DNA of 64,000 nucleotides from positions 32,001 to 96,000 of the forward strand of contig JBPOGH010000016.1 of assembly GCA_051252135.1 (NCBI GenBank), given 5' to 3'. The notes under the pieces were generated by a model that was not told the origin of the DNA, ran no database searches, and saw only the letters and a list, made by a program, of their open reading frames with translations. The DNA is from Verrucomicrobiaceae bacterium. GTDB lineage: Bacteria > Verrucomicrobiota > Verrucomicrobiia > Verrucomicrobiales > Akkermansiaceae. Positions 20,068 through 30,210 of this stretch are shown here, piece by piece (within the stretch, counting starts at the first letter, position 1; every line of letters begins with the position of its first letter). Made by a program: the position numbers and the translations under genes.

Positions 20068-21045
20068 TCACCGCCCCATTGCCCGCAACAACCACGCCGC
20101 CGTCTCCGCATAAACCGGCGCCTCCGTAATCAGGACATTGTCATGACCGCCCCCCGGCACACTCATGTACTTCTTCGGGCCCGCAAACGCCTCAAACAAT
20201 CGCTTCCCCCGCTCCTCCCCGATCAACTCATCCGCATCTCCATGCACCACCAAAGTCGGCACCGATATCCCACCCGCCAACTCCCCCGGCCTCACCTCCG
20301 AAAGCCTCGCCCCACCGCGCCTCTCCACCATCCATTCCAGGGGCTCAAATAACACCACCCTCAAAAACCCCAACTCATCCCGCACCACCCCTTCCAACCG
20401 GTCAAACGACGACACCACCACCAACCCCTCCCACCGCTCCGGCTCTTCCGCCACCGCATGAATCGCAAAACTTCCCCCCATCGACATCCCCCACAGACAC
20501 CTCGGAAGCCCCTCCAACCCAAACTCCACCACCACTTCATCCGCCACCTTCCCGGCCAACCCGCGCTCAAACCCCGAACTCCCAAATCGCACCCTCTCCA
20601 AAGGACTCTCCCCATGCGCCGGCAAGTCCGGACACACGCACACAAACCCCGCCGCACAATACCGCTCCGCCACCGACAACATATCCTCCTTCCGCCCGTT
20701 CCTCCCGTGCAGAATCACCAACACCCCCACCTCTTCCCCAAAATCCCCCAACGCCACTCCCCTCGCCCTCAGCTCCTTCCGTAAGATCATCCCACGCTGC
20801 CCCGGCCCCGATTCCCCACAAGAACGCACCACCAAGGTCGGCACCAACCCGTCAAAATACCACCTCTCCTCTACCCTCACCCCCCGCACCCCGGGCATCT
20901 CCAAAAACTCCACATGATAGTCCTCCAACCCCTTCCTCACCGGACTCACCATCCGCCCCGCAACCACCCAAAGCCCACCCGCTCCCAGTAAAAAAACCAC
21001 CCCCACCAACACGCCACCTCTCTTCAGCCATCTCCGGAACTTCAC
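20068..21045 (-). CDS. Alpha/beta hydrolase
   Basis: ILHGRNG, DLPAHGES, GMSMGG nucleophile, VHGDAD and GGGHD. Likely GTG start at 21045. Confidence 0.85.
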   Translation of the reverse strand: MKFRRWLKRGGVLVGVVFLLGAGGLWVVAGRMVSPVRKGLEDYHVEFLEMPGVRGVRVEERWYFDGLVPTLVVRSCGESGPGQRGMILRKELRARGVALGDFGEEVGVLVILHGRNGRKEDMLSVAERYCAAGFVCVCPDLPAHGESPLERVRFGSSGFERGLAGKVADEVVVEFGLEGLPRCLWGMSMGGSFAIHAVAEEPERWEGLVVVSSFDRLEGVVRDELGFLRVVLFEPLEWMVERRGGARLSEVRPGELAGGISVPTLVVHGDADELIGEERGKRLFEAFAGPKKYMSVPGGGHDNVLITEAPVYAETAAWLLRAMGR

Positions 21046-21098
21046 ATCCCAAGAACGCCCCCAACTCTCCTCCTCGTTTAAAAATCCAACCCCCTCTC

Positions 21099-21173
21099 TC
21101 AACCAAGTTTCGCGTTTTTCGTAATCAGCATCCCCCTTCAACCAAGTTTCGCGTTTTCCGTGTTTTCCGTGGT
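21099..21173. repeat. 20-bp direct repeat x2 with 9-bp periodic tail
   Basis: tcaaccaagtttcgcgtttt at 21099 and 21138, followed by ttccgtgtt ttccgtggt. Confidence 0.7.
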
Positions 21174-21232
21174 GAACATCCCCCCACATAATTTCGCTTC
21201 CCTTTCCCCAACCCACAGCGGATGACACCCCC

Positions 21233-22141
21233 GTGCTTCTCTTCCGCCACCCCTTTCCTCCGGCGCTCATCTGCGCCCTCCTCTGGGGCAGCGCCTTCCC
21301 CGTCATCAAGAACGTCTACGCCCACTGGGAATCCCAGAGCCTCGAGCGAAGCCTCCCCCTCATCTTCCTCTTCGCCGGCATCCGCTTCTCCATCTCCGGT
21401 CTCGGCCTCCTCCTCTTTGGAAAAAACACCGCCGCCGAACTCCGCCGCACCCCGTGGAAGCTCCTCGTCTCATTCGCCCTCACCCAGACCTTCGTCCAAT
21501 ACGTCTTCTTCTACCAGGCCGTCGCCGCCTCCAGCGCCAGCCTCGCCGCCCTCCTCGTCGCCACCGGAAGCTTCTGGTGGATGCTCCTCAGCCCCCTCAT
21601 CCGCAAAACCCCATGGCCCACCGCCATGCAATGGCTCGGCCTCCTTATCGGAGGAACCGGCGTCTCCCTCGCCGTCTACGCCCCCGGTGCCGGCGCCGGA
21701 AACCCCCTCCTCGGCGCCCTCTTCATGCTCACCGCCACCGCCAGCGGAGCCATCGCCATCCTCCTCTTCCATCGCCTCAAGCCCACCATCTCGTCCATCA
21801 ATGCCACCGGCATCTCGCTCTTCGCCGGTGGCCTCTCCCTCACCGCCGTCGGGTTCCAGGCCTTCGGATCCGTCGAGGAAATGCTCACCGGCCCCGTCCT
21901 CGGCAGCACCATCTGGCTCGCCTTCGTTTCCGCCGCCGCTTTCAGCATCTGGAATCACCTCAGCACCGTCTTCCCAGTCACCCTCCTCGCAAGCTACCGC
22001 TTCCTCATCCCCATCTGCGGTGTCATCGAAGCCCTCCTCTTCATCCCCGGCGAGTCCGCCGGCTGGGGCCTCCTCCTCGGCAGCGTCCTCGTCATCCTCA
22101 GCATGATCTGGGCCCAGCGATCCCGCCCCGCATTGACCTGA
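21233..22141 (+). CDS. DMT/EamA family transporter
   Basis: LLWGSAFPVIK, FAGIRF; about 10 TM helices in two repeats. Confidence 0.88.
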   Translation: MLLFRHPFPPALICALLWGSAFPVIKNVYAHWESQSLERSLPLIFLFAGIRFSISGLGLLLFGKNTAAELRRTPWKLLVSFALTQTFVQYVFFYQAVAASSASLAALLVATGSFWWMLLSPLIRKTPWPTAMQWLGLLIGGTGVSLAVYAPGAGAGNPLLGALFMLTATASGAIAILLFHRLKPTISSINATGISLFAGGLSLTAVGFQAFGSVEEMLTGPVLGSTIWLAFVSAAAFSIWNHLSTVFPVTLLASYRFLIPICGVIEALLFIPGESAGWGLLLGSVLVILSMIWAQRSRPALT

Positions 22142-22167
22142 CCCACCCTCATCCTATGCTCCCCAAT

Positions 22168-22653
22168 ATGAAGGAGCTGACAAAAATCCGCCTCGCCCTC
22201 GTCGTCGTCATCTTCGGCCTCGTCATCAGCGGAGTCACCGCCTTCCCCCTCCTCCACGAGCTCAACTTCCTCTCCTCCCTCCTCACCGGAGGCAGCGCCG
22301 ATCTCAACCCGGCTCACTACCAGGGCATCACCCACTGGATCCTCAAAGTCCGCGAAGGCCTCGATCTCACCTACGCCCAATACCCCTTCATCGCCTACGG
22401 CACCGACTGGCTCGCCTTCGCCCACCTCATGATCGCCCTCTTCTTCATCCTCCCCTACCGCGACCCCGCCCGCTACGAGGGAGTCCTCCACGTCGGCATC
22501 TGGATGTCCCTCCTCGTCTTCCCCCTCGCCCTCATCTGCGGCCACATCCGCGAAATCCCCCTCTGGTGGCGCCTCATCGACTGCTCCTTCGGCGCCCTCT
22601 GCCTCCCCCCACTCCTCTACGCCCTCAAAAAAACGCGGACCCTAAAAAGCTAA
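22168..22653 (+). CDS. Conserved-looking integral membrane protein
   Basis: GLVISGVTAFPL, YPFIAYGTDWLAFAH and WWRLIDCSFG; host-like codon usage. Only the 3' part of the predicted 21454 ORF is real. Confidence 0.75.
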   Translation: MKELTKIRLALVVVIFGLVISGVTAFPLLHELNFLSSLLTGGSADLNPAHYQGITHWILKVREGLDLTYAQYPFIAYGTDWLAFAHLMIALFFILPYRDPARYEGVLHVGIWMSLLVFPLALICGHIREIPLWWRLIDCSFGALCLPPLLYALKKTRTLKS

Positions 22654-22722
22654 AAGCCAACCGCCAAAAGCCAACCGCTCAAGCTCCCTCAAACCAGCCA
22701 ATCCCCCATTCCCTCTTCCTAC

Positions 22723-23064
22723 ATGAACTACCTTTTAACTAACTTCGACGACATCCCCCCCGTCCCCTGCCCCTGCGGCCTTTCCAAACGCGCCTTCGTT
22801 CATCCCGACTCCCCGGCCTCCATCCACTACGTCGATATCTCGGAGAACGCCCGCACCCACTACCACAAAACCTTCACCGAGATTTACCTCATCCTCGAAA
22901 CCGAGGGCGACGCCTTCATCGAGCTCGACGGCGAACTCCTCCCCGTCACCCCCATGACCACCATCATGATCAAGCCCGGCTGCCGCCACCGCGCCGTCGG
23001 CAAAATGAAAATCATCAACACCGCCATCCCCACCTTCAACCCCGACGACGAATGGTTCGACTAG
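22723..23064 (+). CDS. Cupin domain protein
   Basis: THYHKTFTEIY and IKPGCRHRA; N-terminal CPCG. Confidence 0.85.
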   Translation: MNYLLTNFDDIPPVPCPCGLSKRAFVHPDSPASIHYVDISENARTHYHKTFTEIYLILETEGDAFIELDGELLPVTPMTTIMIKPGCRHRAVGKMKIINTAIPTFNPDDEWFD

Positions 23065-23096
23065 CCCCCGTCATCAACCGCAACCTACGGGAAAAT

Positions 23097-23486
23097 TCAC
23101 TCACCTCGCCGCTGATTTCTCAACGCAGCATCTTGTTCTGTCGGCTGTTTCCATGCCAACCATGCGATCACCCAGAAGACCAATCCTGAGCTCCAGCCTA
23201 AAAAGAGGTTAACCACATTGTCACCCACTCCATCGTGTATGACGTCATAAGGGACCTCGACACCTTCATCGTAGGCAACGCCATCGCCAACTATAAATCC
23301 AATTCTATTTGCAACCGCCGACACCGCGAATGTTCCGGTCCAACACAAAAGAAGGAACACCAAAATCCTCAGGCTTCGCGGGAATTTTTTGATCGAGGGT
23401 GATGGCGCCACTATCCAACGCTTCGCGAAAAATACACCGAGACAAATAAATGTAATCTGTGGAATCCATATTGTCGCAGTCGTCAT
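23097..23486 (-). CDS. Hypothetical membrane protein, AT-rich, cassette-like
   Basis: 129 aa with three hydrophobic segments and atypical composition. Confidence 0.6.
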   Translation of the reverse strand: MTTATIWIPQITFICLGVFFAKRWIVAPSPSIKKFPRSLRILVFLLLCWTGTFAVSAVANRIGFIVGDGVAYDEGVEVPYDVIHDGVGDNVVNLFLGWSSGLVFWVIAWLAWKQPTEQDAALRNQRRGE

Positions 23487-23623
23487 TTTTTTTGAACAAA
23501 ACAGTAAGGATCCCCTAGCCTAACAGAGTGGGGATCGAATGCATCCCCCGATCTCCCCCTTCACAGGCTCCGAACATCCTACTGTCCATTTAATTTCCCC
23601 ATCAAGCCCCAAAGCCAAAACCC

Positions 23624-24282
23624 AATTCAACCCCTCCCACTCCTCCTTCGCCCCCACCTACTCTCAGGGCCTCTCGATTTGCTCCTGTAATTCCGGAGCC
23701 AAGGTATCCCACAACCGTGGATGGGATTCGATAATCCTGACAATATCCGTAAAATCTTTGGCTCTCTTACTCTGCCTCCTGGTCTTGTCGTTCCAGGCCA
23801 AGGTCTTCCCTTTTAAGGTATCTTCCACGGATGCCACTCGCATCAAAATCCCATGGACATCTGCCGCAACGGATCTCTCAGGAAATTTCAAATACAGCTC
23901 TTCGGTGCTCAACTGGATACTCACCTTCGACTTCCCTTTGAAATTAACCGACCACTTAAAATCTTCGTGCTCGAAACCTACTTCAGTAAGAACCCCCACC
24001 ACTCTTTCCACATCTTCAGCTGCTACCGCAAAATCCACGTCTTGTGTCACCATCGGTTCCTCAGCCCAATGGTTCACTGCGACCCCACCAATTGCGCACC
24101 AAGCAACATCAGCTCGCTCAAGAGCATCAACAAGACGCATCACGTCATCTGTTCCTCCCGCAGTTTGCCAATCGTAAAACCTCTTCGCTGTCATACTGGA
24201 TTCTTAACATCCCAGCGCTTACTGGGCACCCTATTTTCCAAAGCAACCTAATTCAACCCCTCCCATTCCTCCTTCGTCCCCA
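23624..24282. repeat. 33-bp direct repeats (31/33 identical) flanking the nucleotidyltransferase gene
   Basis: aattcaacccctcccaYtcctccttcgYcccca at 23624-23656 and 24250-24282. Confidence 0.85.
23664..24194 (-). CDS. Nucleotidyltransferase (MNT/AbiEii-like)
   Basis: IGGVAV...TQDVDF (GG..DxD) and C-terminal K...R.KD..D. Confidence 0.75.
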   Translation of the reverse strand: MTAKRFYDWQTAGGTDDVMRLVDALERADVAWCAIGGVAVNHWAEEPMVTQDVDFAVAAEDVERVVGVLTEVGFEHEDFKWSVNFKGKSKVSIQLSTEELYLKFPERSVAADVHGILMRVASVEDTLKGKTLAWNDKTRRQSKRAKDFTDIVRIIESHPRLWDTLAPELQEQIERP

Positions 24283-25426
24283 AAGACTTCTGATACTCCA
24301 TCATCACCAACCAGCGCTCCTCTTTCACTAGCAGCGCCTCCAGATGAACATAAGCCGCTTTCGCTTCCTTCCCCTCCTTCTGACTGGAGTAACAAAACAT
24401 CCCCGTCTCGTGCGCCGTCGTTGCGTCGCCCCACCGCTTCGAAAAACGAAACTCCACATCCGCGTCCATCTTCCCCGCCTTCGTATCCTCAAACCCCGGC
24501 TTCCATCCCGCCAAAGCCTGCGCCAGCGCATAACTCGACTTCTTCGGCCCCGATACAAGAACCCCCTTCTCATGGCAGGTCGCCCGGTAGCCTTCAAAGT
24601 CTCCCTCCCGCACCGACCGCGACACCTCGGCCCAATAGGCATCCAGCTCCTTGATCCGCGCCTGTGAATCATCCAGTTCCTTCACCTTGAGATTCCGGAA
24701 ATGCACCTTCCCCTTCGCCGCATGATGCACCTGTAACCCAAAGTATCCTTTCGCATAGGTTCCGTCGCCCACCCAGTGCGCCGCCGGCACCCCGTTCAGC
24801 CAGGTCTTCACCGTGTTCCCCTTCGCCCAAACCGTAACCCGGTTCCACCCTTCCTTCTTCAGGGCCTTTCGTACTTCCCGGTGCTCCTTCAGCCAAAGCG
24901 GATAAAAATACCCCCCGCAGCTCTGTCCATAAATGCCGCCCGACCAACCCCGGTCGCTCTCAATCCCCTCCATCTCCACCTGCGGTCCAAACACCGCCTT
25001 CTTCGGATCATCCGCATCCGCTTGCGCCCGAAACATCACCCCCGAGTTGATATCCACCGACCACTTCATCTCGCACGTAAAAACAAAGTCCGCATAGTCC
25101 GTCCTCTTCGTGCTGAGATACCCGCTTTCCTCACCCGGCACACAGGTTCCAATGATCTCCCCATCCTTCGCTTCGAAAATCTGCTTCCCGCCGCGAAGCT
25201 CCCAATCCGAAAGATCCTTGCCATTGAAGAGCGCCTTGAATCCTTCTTTCAAATCTGGCTCCGCATCCGTGTTCAACAACATCTCCTCCGGCTCCGGCGC
25301 ATTCTCCTGCTTCCGGTACTTCGGAAACCACTCCTTCTGCGAAGGATCCAAAGACAGCTCACCCGGAGCCGAAACCGACAGCAGAACCGTCGCCGATACC
25401 AATCTTCCCATGAATTTCATCATCAT
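24248..25426 (-). CDS. DUF1080 (3-keto-disaccharide hydrolase) protein with C-terminal NTF2-like domain
   Basis: LFNGKDLSDW, NSGVMFR, WNRV and FGLQVH...VHFRNLKV; C-terminal YWAEVSRSVREGDF...AHETGMF. Confidence 0.82.
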   Translation of the reverse strand: MMMKFMGRLVSATVLLSVSAPGELSLDPSQKEWFPKYRKQENAPEPEEMLLNTDAEPDLKEGFKALFNGKDLSDWELRGGKQIFEAKDGEIIGTCVPGEESGYLSTKRTDYADFVFTCEMKWSVDINSGVMFRAQADADDPKKAVFGPQVEMEGIESDRGWSGGIYGQSCGGYFYPLWLKEHREVRKALKKEGWNRVTVWAKGNTVKTWLNGVPAAHWVGDGTYAKGYFGLQVHHAAKGKVHFRNLKVKELDDSQARIKELDAYWAEVSRSVREGDFEGYRATCHEKGVLVSGPKKSSYALAQALAGWKPGFEDTKAGKMDADVEFRFSKRWGDATTAHETGMFCYSSQKEGKEAKAAYVHLEALLVKEERWLVMMEYQKSLGTKEEWEGLN

Positions 25427-25508
25427 GCCTTAGGCTGAAAGTCCCGTCCCCGCTGCGCAATCCTTTCTTTCAGCAATGCCGCCTAAAATCACCGCTCGAT
25501 TCAGCCCC

Positions 25509-26990
25509 TCACTTCAGCTTCTTCCGGTCCTCCGCCTTCTCCGCCAAGGACAGATGACGGTCAAAAAGGGTGATATACTTCTCATACCCCTTCCCCGGAA
25601 CCACTTCCTTCTTCCAATGCTTCAGCTGCCCGTCGTAGCGCTCGCGCATCTTCCCCAACACCTCGTCCTGATCCTCCAACCCCACCAGATTGGTCAACTC
25701 CAACGGGTCCTCGCCCAAATGGAAGAGCTCCTCCGCCGCCTTCATTCCCTCGCCCTCATACCACCAATAGGTGTATTTCAGCTCCTTCGTCACAATGCTC
25801 ATGCACGTCGTCGGAGCCGGCGGAAAGGTGTTCATCAATGCCAGATGGGAATGCAGTTCTTTCTCCGGTTCCGCCAACAAGGGAAGAAGACTCTTCCCAT
25901 CCATCCCCTCAATCGCTTCCACCCCCGCCAACTCCAGTATCGTCGGCGCAAAGTCGATGCTCCCCGTCAGCTGCTGACAGCGGATTCCCTTCCCCGCATT
26001 TTCACTCCGCGGATCAAAAACAATCAACGGCACCCGCGATGACTCCTCCATCGGCAGCACCTTGGACCCATAACCGTGGGACCCGCAGATAAACCCGTTG
26101 TCACTCGTGTAAATGATCACCGTATTGTCACTCACCCCCTGCGCCTCCAGCTCCTCCCGGATCATCCCCACCGCCACATCAATCGCATAAATCTGCTGAT
26201 GGTAAACCGCCATCACCTCATCATACTTCTTGTCGTATCCCCATTCCTCAAACCGCGGAAATTGCCGCCCCTGCTTGCTCTGCTCCGCCAAATGCTCTCC
26301 GTAGCGCCTCCCGTAATTCGCCGGCTTCGCAAATTCCTTCCCCTCATAAATGTGGTCAAACTTCGGGTCCGGCGTTGTCGGCCGATGCGGCGCCTTGAAG
26401 CTGATCGACAAACAAAACGGCTTCTCCGCCTCCACCGATTTCCGGATAACATCCCGCCCAAAAGCCCCATACGATAACGTGGAATGCGGGTACTTCTTCG
26501 CGTAGCTCTTCATCGCTGGATTCCGCGCCGTCCGGTAATCCGACTGCCCCTTCGCCCCGCCGTAAAAATCGAAGTCCTCCGCACAAATCCCCTTCCCCTC
26601 CACCACAATGCCAAACTTCCCCGCAAACGCCGTCAGATACCCCGCCTCCCGCAGCAACACCGGATACGACTTGCTCCAAAGGTCGGGACTCAAATTACCA
26701 TGAACGAAATTGCACCCCGTCTTGTATTCATACCGCCCCGTAAACACATTCGCCCGACTCCCCATGCAAATCGCCGTCGTGACATAATGACGGTCAAAGA
26801 TCATCCCCTCCCGCGCCAACCGGTCCATCTGCGGCGTCTGCACATCCTTGTTTCCGTAGCAACCCATCGAATACGTGCACTGATCATCCGCCATCAGGTA
26901 AATGATATTGGGCCTCGGTGAAACCACCTCCTCCACTTCATCGGCAAAACCGGAAAGAACGAGGACCGCAAAAAGAAGAACGTTTTTCAT
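25509..26990 (-). CDS. Sulfatase (S1, FGly-dependent)
   Basis: [36 protein letters not shown] and SIDFAPTIL. Start at ATG 26990. Confidence 0.9.
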   Translation of the reverse strand: MKNVLLFAVLVLSGFADEVEEVVSPRPNIIYLMADDQCTYSMGCYGNKDVQTPQMDRLAREGMIFDRHYVTTAICMGSRANVFTGRYEYKTGCNFVHGNLSPDLWSKSYPVLLREAGYLTAFAGKFGIVVEGKGICAEDFDFYGGAKGQSDYRTARNPAMKSYAKKYPHSTLSYGAFGRDVIRKSVEAEKPFCLSISFKAPHRPTTPDPKFDHIYEGKEFAKPANYGRRYGEHLAEQSKQGRQFPRFEEWGYDKKYDEVMAVYHQQIYAIDVAVGMIREELEAQGVSDNTVIIYTSDNGFICGSHGYGSKVLPMEESSRVPLIVFDPRSENAGKGIRCQQLTGSIDFAPTILELAGVEAIEGMDGKSLLPLLAEPEKELHSHLALMNTFPPAPTTCMSIVTKELKYTYWWYEGEGMKAAEELFHLGEDPLELTNLVGLEDQDEVLGKMRERYDGQLKHWKKEVVPGKGYEKYITLFDRHLSLAEKAEDRKKLK

Positions 26991-27113
26991 AAGGGTAAGC
27001 AGCCCATCCATGACGCTGATCGCCCCCCAAGCCAAGTGCCAACTTCCCCCTCCGAAAATTCCCTCCCCTGTTCCTGAAAATTCTCCTACCCTCGCCGGAA
27101 TCCCCGCCGCCCC

Positions 27114-28325
27114 ATGAATCCCGGACACGCCTTTCTCATCCTCACCTTCGCCCTCCTCACCTCACTCTCCGCCCGCGAAACCCGGGTCGACGAGATCGAC
27201 TCCCCCACCGAAGCAAAGTCCGGAAAAATCGCCCTCCTCAAAAGCGCCAAAGGCATGTCCTACTTCCTCCGCCTCCCCCGCGGCTACAAGGAAGACGACG
27301 GCGCCCGCCTCATCATGTTCCTCCACGGCTCCAACATGAACGGCCTCCAGTATCTCGAAACCTTCGAAGCCCAACGCTGGTGCAAGACCGACATCCTCGT
27401 CTGCCCCAACGGCGAAACAGGAAACAACCCGCGCGGCGCAAACAACTTCACCTTCAACAGCGCTCCCTTCGTCGCCGAAATCACCGCAGACATCCAAAAA
27501 AGCTTCAACATCACCCACAGCTACCTCGGCGGCCACTCCTAGGGCGCTTTCCTCACCTACAGCGTCATCCTCAACCACCCCGACCTCTTCCAGGGAGCCT
27601 TCCCCATCGCCGGTGATTGCTGGATGCAAAACGAACCCAACCTCTGGGAATCCAAACCCGATATCCTCGCCAAACAACAACAAATCGCCCTCGCCGTCAT
27701 CCACGGACAAGCCGACCCCATCGTCAATTTCTCCCAAGGCGAACACGCCCACGGCATCTTCCTCGCCATGGGCTACCCAAAACTCCGCTTCTTCGCCCCC
27801 GAAAAACTCGGCCACCAATTCGGCCTCAGCCCCGTCCCCGACGCCCTCGAATGGCTCGACGCCATGACCGGACACGATCACGCCAGTGCCATCAAACTCA
27901 CCAAGACCTGGGGCCGCGAAAAAGAATGGGGCTGGGCCCACCAGGCCGCCCTCGCCATCCCCGCCGACAGCCGCGAATCCCGCTCCGCCCAAAGCATCAT
28001 CGCCGCCATCGAAAAACAAGCCTCCGATGCCACCGCCACCATGAAGGCATCTCTCGACTCCAAATCCCCTCGCGAATGGATCCCCGAGTGGTTCGAGTTC
28101 CGCCGCCAATTCGGAGCCACCCAAGCCGCCAAAGAACTCGTCACGGCCTACGATGCCGCCCGCGAAAAAGAACGCGCCCAAGCCACCCAACTCTTCCGTC
28201 AGGCCAGCGCCCTCGGCCGCGCCAAAAAGCCGGACGAAATGAAAGAGACCCTCGAAAAACTCCTCACCGACACCCCGCACACCTACCACACCTGGTACGC
28301 CCTCCGCTGGACCAGGGAAAAGTAA
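27114..28325 (+). pseudogene. Secreted alpha/beta hydrolase interrupted by in-frame TAG at 27540-27542
   Basis: ORFs 27114-27542 and 27624-28325 are in the same frame. They read GGHS*GAFLTY..HPDLF, then IHGQADPIV. Confidence 0.8.
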
Positions 28326-28331
28326 CCCCGC

Positions 28332-30065
28332 CTATGCCTCCGCCCGATCGGAAATAATCTCACCCCGGTCAAACTCCAGCACCCGGTCCGCAATCCGCGT
28401 CGTGCTCAGACGATGCGCAATCAGCAACGTCGTGCGATCCTTCACCAGCTCACTCAGAGCCTCCTGAATCTTCGCCTCACTCTCGTTATCCAGCGCACTC
28501 GTCGCCTCATCTAACAGAAGAATCGGAGCATCCTTCAAAAAGGCCCGCGCCAGTGCAATCCGCTGCCGCTGACCACCCGATAGACTCGTCCCCTTCTCCG
28601 ACACCCGCTGCTCATACCCCCCATCCTGCTCCAGAATAAACTCATGGGCATACGCCTTGCGCGCCGCCTCATAAACCTCCTCCTCGCTCGCACCCGGACG
28701 ACCCAATAAAATGTTCTCCCGGATCGTTCCGCTGAAAAGAACCGCCGTCTGCGGCACCACCGCGATCGCTTCCCGCAACTCACGCTTCTTCCAGTCCCGC
28801 ACATCCAGACCGCTCACCTTCACCGCACCCTCACCCACCTCGTAAAACCGCGGAATCAAACTCGCAAAGGTCGACTTCCCCGACCCGCTCGGCCCAATCA
28901 GCGCCACACACTCCCCCGCCTTCACCGAAACACTCAGGTCCTTCAGCACCTTCTCCTCCCCATAAGAAAAACTCACCCCCTCAAAATCCACATCCCCTTG
29001 AAACGTCTCCGGCACCTTCGCATCCGGCTTCTCCAAAAGCTCGTCATCCGCATCCAGAATCACCTCAATCCGCCCCAGCGCCGCCTTCCCCTGCTGGATC
29101 AAACTATGCACCGCCCCCAACTTCTTGATCGGGTCATACGACATGTAAAGCGCGATCCCGATCGCCAGAAAACTCTCCAGCGTCATCCCCTTCCCCGCCC
29201 CCAGATACAACGCCACCGACAGCCCCAGCACCGCCACAAACTCCACCGCGGGCGAAATCATCTGCCGGTACTTGATCACCTTCATCGAATAACGGATCAG
29301 CTCCGCCACCTTCTCGTTGAACTGCCTGATCACCGTCGGCTGCATGTTGTAAGCCCGGATTTCCAGCGGAGCACCCAGCCCTTCCGAGATCTGCCCGCTC
29401 AAATCACCCGCCGTATTTTGCAGCTCCATCGCCCGCCGCGCCAACTTCTTGCCCGCCGCCCGAATCGGAAAGACGCAGATCGGAATCGTCAGCAACGAAA
29501 TCACCACCACAAAACTCCCCTGGTCCGAGTACGCCTGATACCCCAGAAATCCCAGCGAGAACACCAGCGTCGCCGGCTGCTTGATAATATCCGCACTCAC
29601 CTGCGCCACCGTCTGCCTCAAAATCTCCGCATCCCCCGTCAGCCGCGCCAACAAATCACCTGTCTGATGCCGTTGAAAAAACGACACCGGCAGCGCCTGA
29701 ATCCGCTCAAAAACCTTCCCCCGAATCCCCTCCACCACCCGATACCCGCAGTAGTTGATCAAATACGTGTTAAAATACCCCCCGATCGCCCGCACCAAAA
29801 AGATAAATGGCAGCCACAAACACGTCGCCAGCAAGAGATGGTTGTATTCCAGATTCCCCAGCCAATCCTGCATCATCTTCAGATACGCACTCGGCTCCCC
29901 CTCCGCCGCCTTCTCCCGTTGAAACAGCAACGGAAACACCACCTTGCTCGCCAGCGGCAACCCCGCCCCACTCGCCGCCGCATAAAGAAGCCCCGCCAAC
30001 AAGCCCCCCAAAAAATGCCAACGCACCGGACGGAAATAGGCCAAGTAGGGCAAATATCGCTTCAT
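28332..30065 (-). CDS. MsbA-like ABC exporter (permease + ATPase)
   Basis: TM domain; GPSGSGKST, LSGGQRQR, LLLDEATSALD and IAHRLST. Confidence 0.92.
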   Translation of the reverse strand: MKRYLPYLAYFRPVRWHFLGGLLAGLLYAAASGAGLPLASKVVFPLLFQREKAAEGEPSAYLKMMQDWLGNLEYNHLLLATCLWLPFIFLVRAIGGYFNTYLINYCGYRVVEGIRGKVFERIQALPVSFFQRHQTGDLLARLTGDAEILRQTVAQVSADIIKQPATLVFSLGFLGYQAYSDQGSFVVVISLLTIPICVFPIRAAGKKLARRAMELQNTAGDLSGQISEGLGAPLEIRAYNMQPTVIRQFNEKVAELIRYSMKVIKYRQMISPAVEFVAVLGLSVALYLGAGKGMTLESFLAIGIALYMSYDPIKKLGAVHSLIQQGKAALGRIEVILDADDELLEKPDAKVPETFQGDVDFEGVSFSYGEEKVLKDLSVSVKAGECVALIGPSGSGKSTFASLIPRFYEVGEGAVKVSGLDVRDWKKRELREAIAVVPQTAVLFSGTIRENILLGRPGASEEEVYEAARKAYAHEFILEQDGGYEQRVSEKGTSLSGGQRQRIALARAFLKDAPILLLDEATSALDNESEAKIQEALSELVKDRTTLLIAHRLSTTRIADRVLEFDRGEIISDRAEA

Positions 30066-30210
30066 GATCAGTCAAACGCGAATCAGGACCGGAGCCCCCC
30101 GCGCGCGCCTCCAAGGCTACCGTCCACCCCTCCCGACGCAACGCTTTTCCCACCCCCCAATCCTTGCCTTCTCCTCCCTCCTCCCCCTAACTTGACCTCA
30201 CCACAACCGG

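Noticed and set aside
21099..21157. Two 20-bp repeats with a 19-bp spacer as a mini-CRISPR
   Set aside because: Only two short units, spacer too short, no cas genes.
27025..27042. Sigma54-like TTGGCACTTGGCTTGG upstream of the sulfatase (minus strand)
   Set aside because: The -12 dinucleotide is GG, not GC; possible but unsupported.
27540..27542. Pyrrolysine or genome-wide TAG recoding
   Set aside because: TAG is a normal stop in many genes here, no pyl genes are visible, and Gln fits via one transition.
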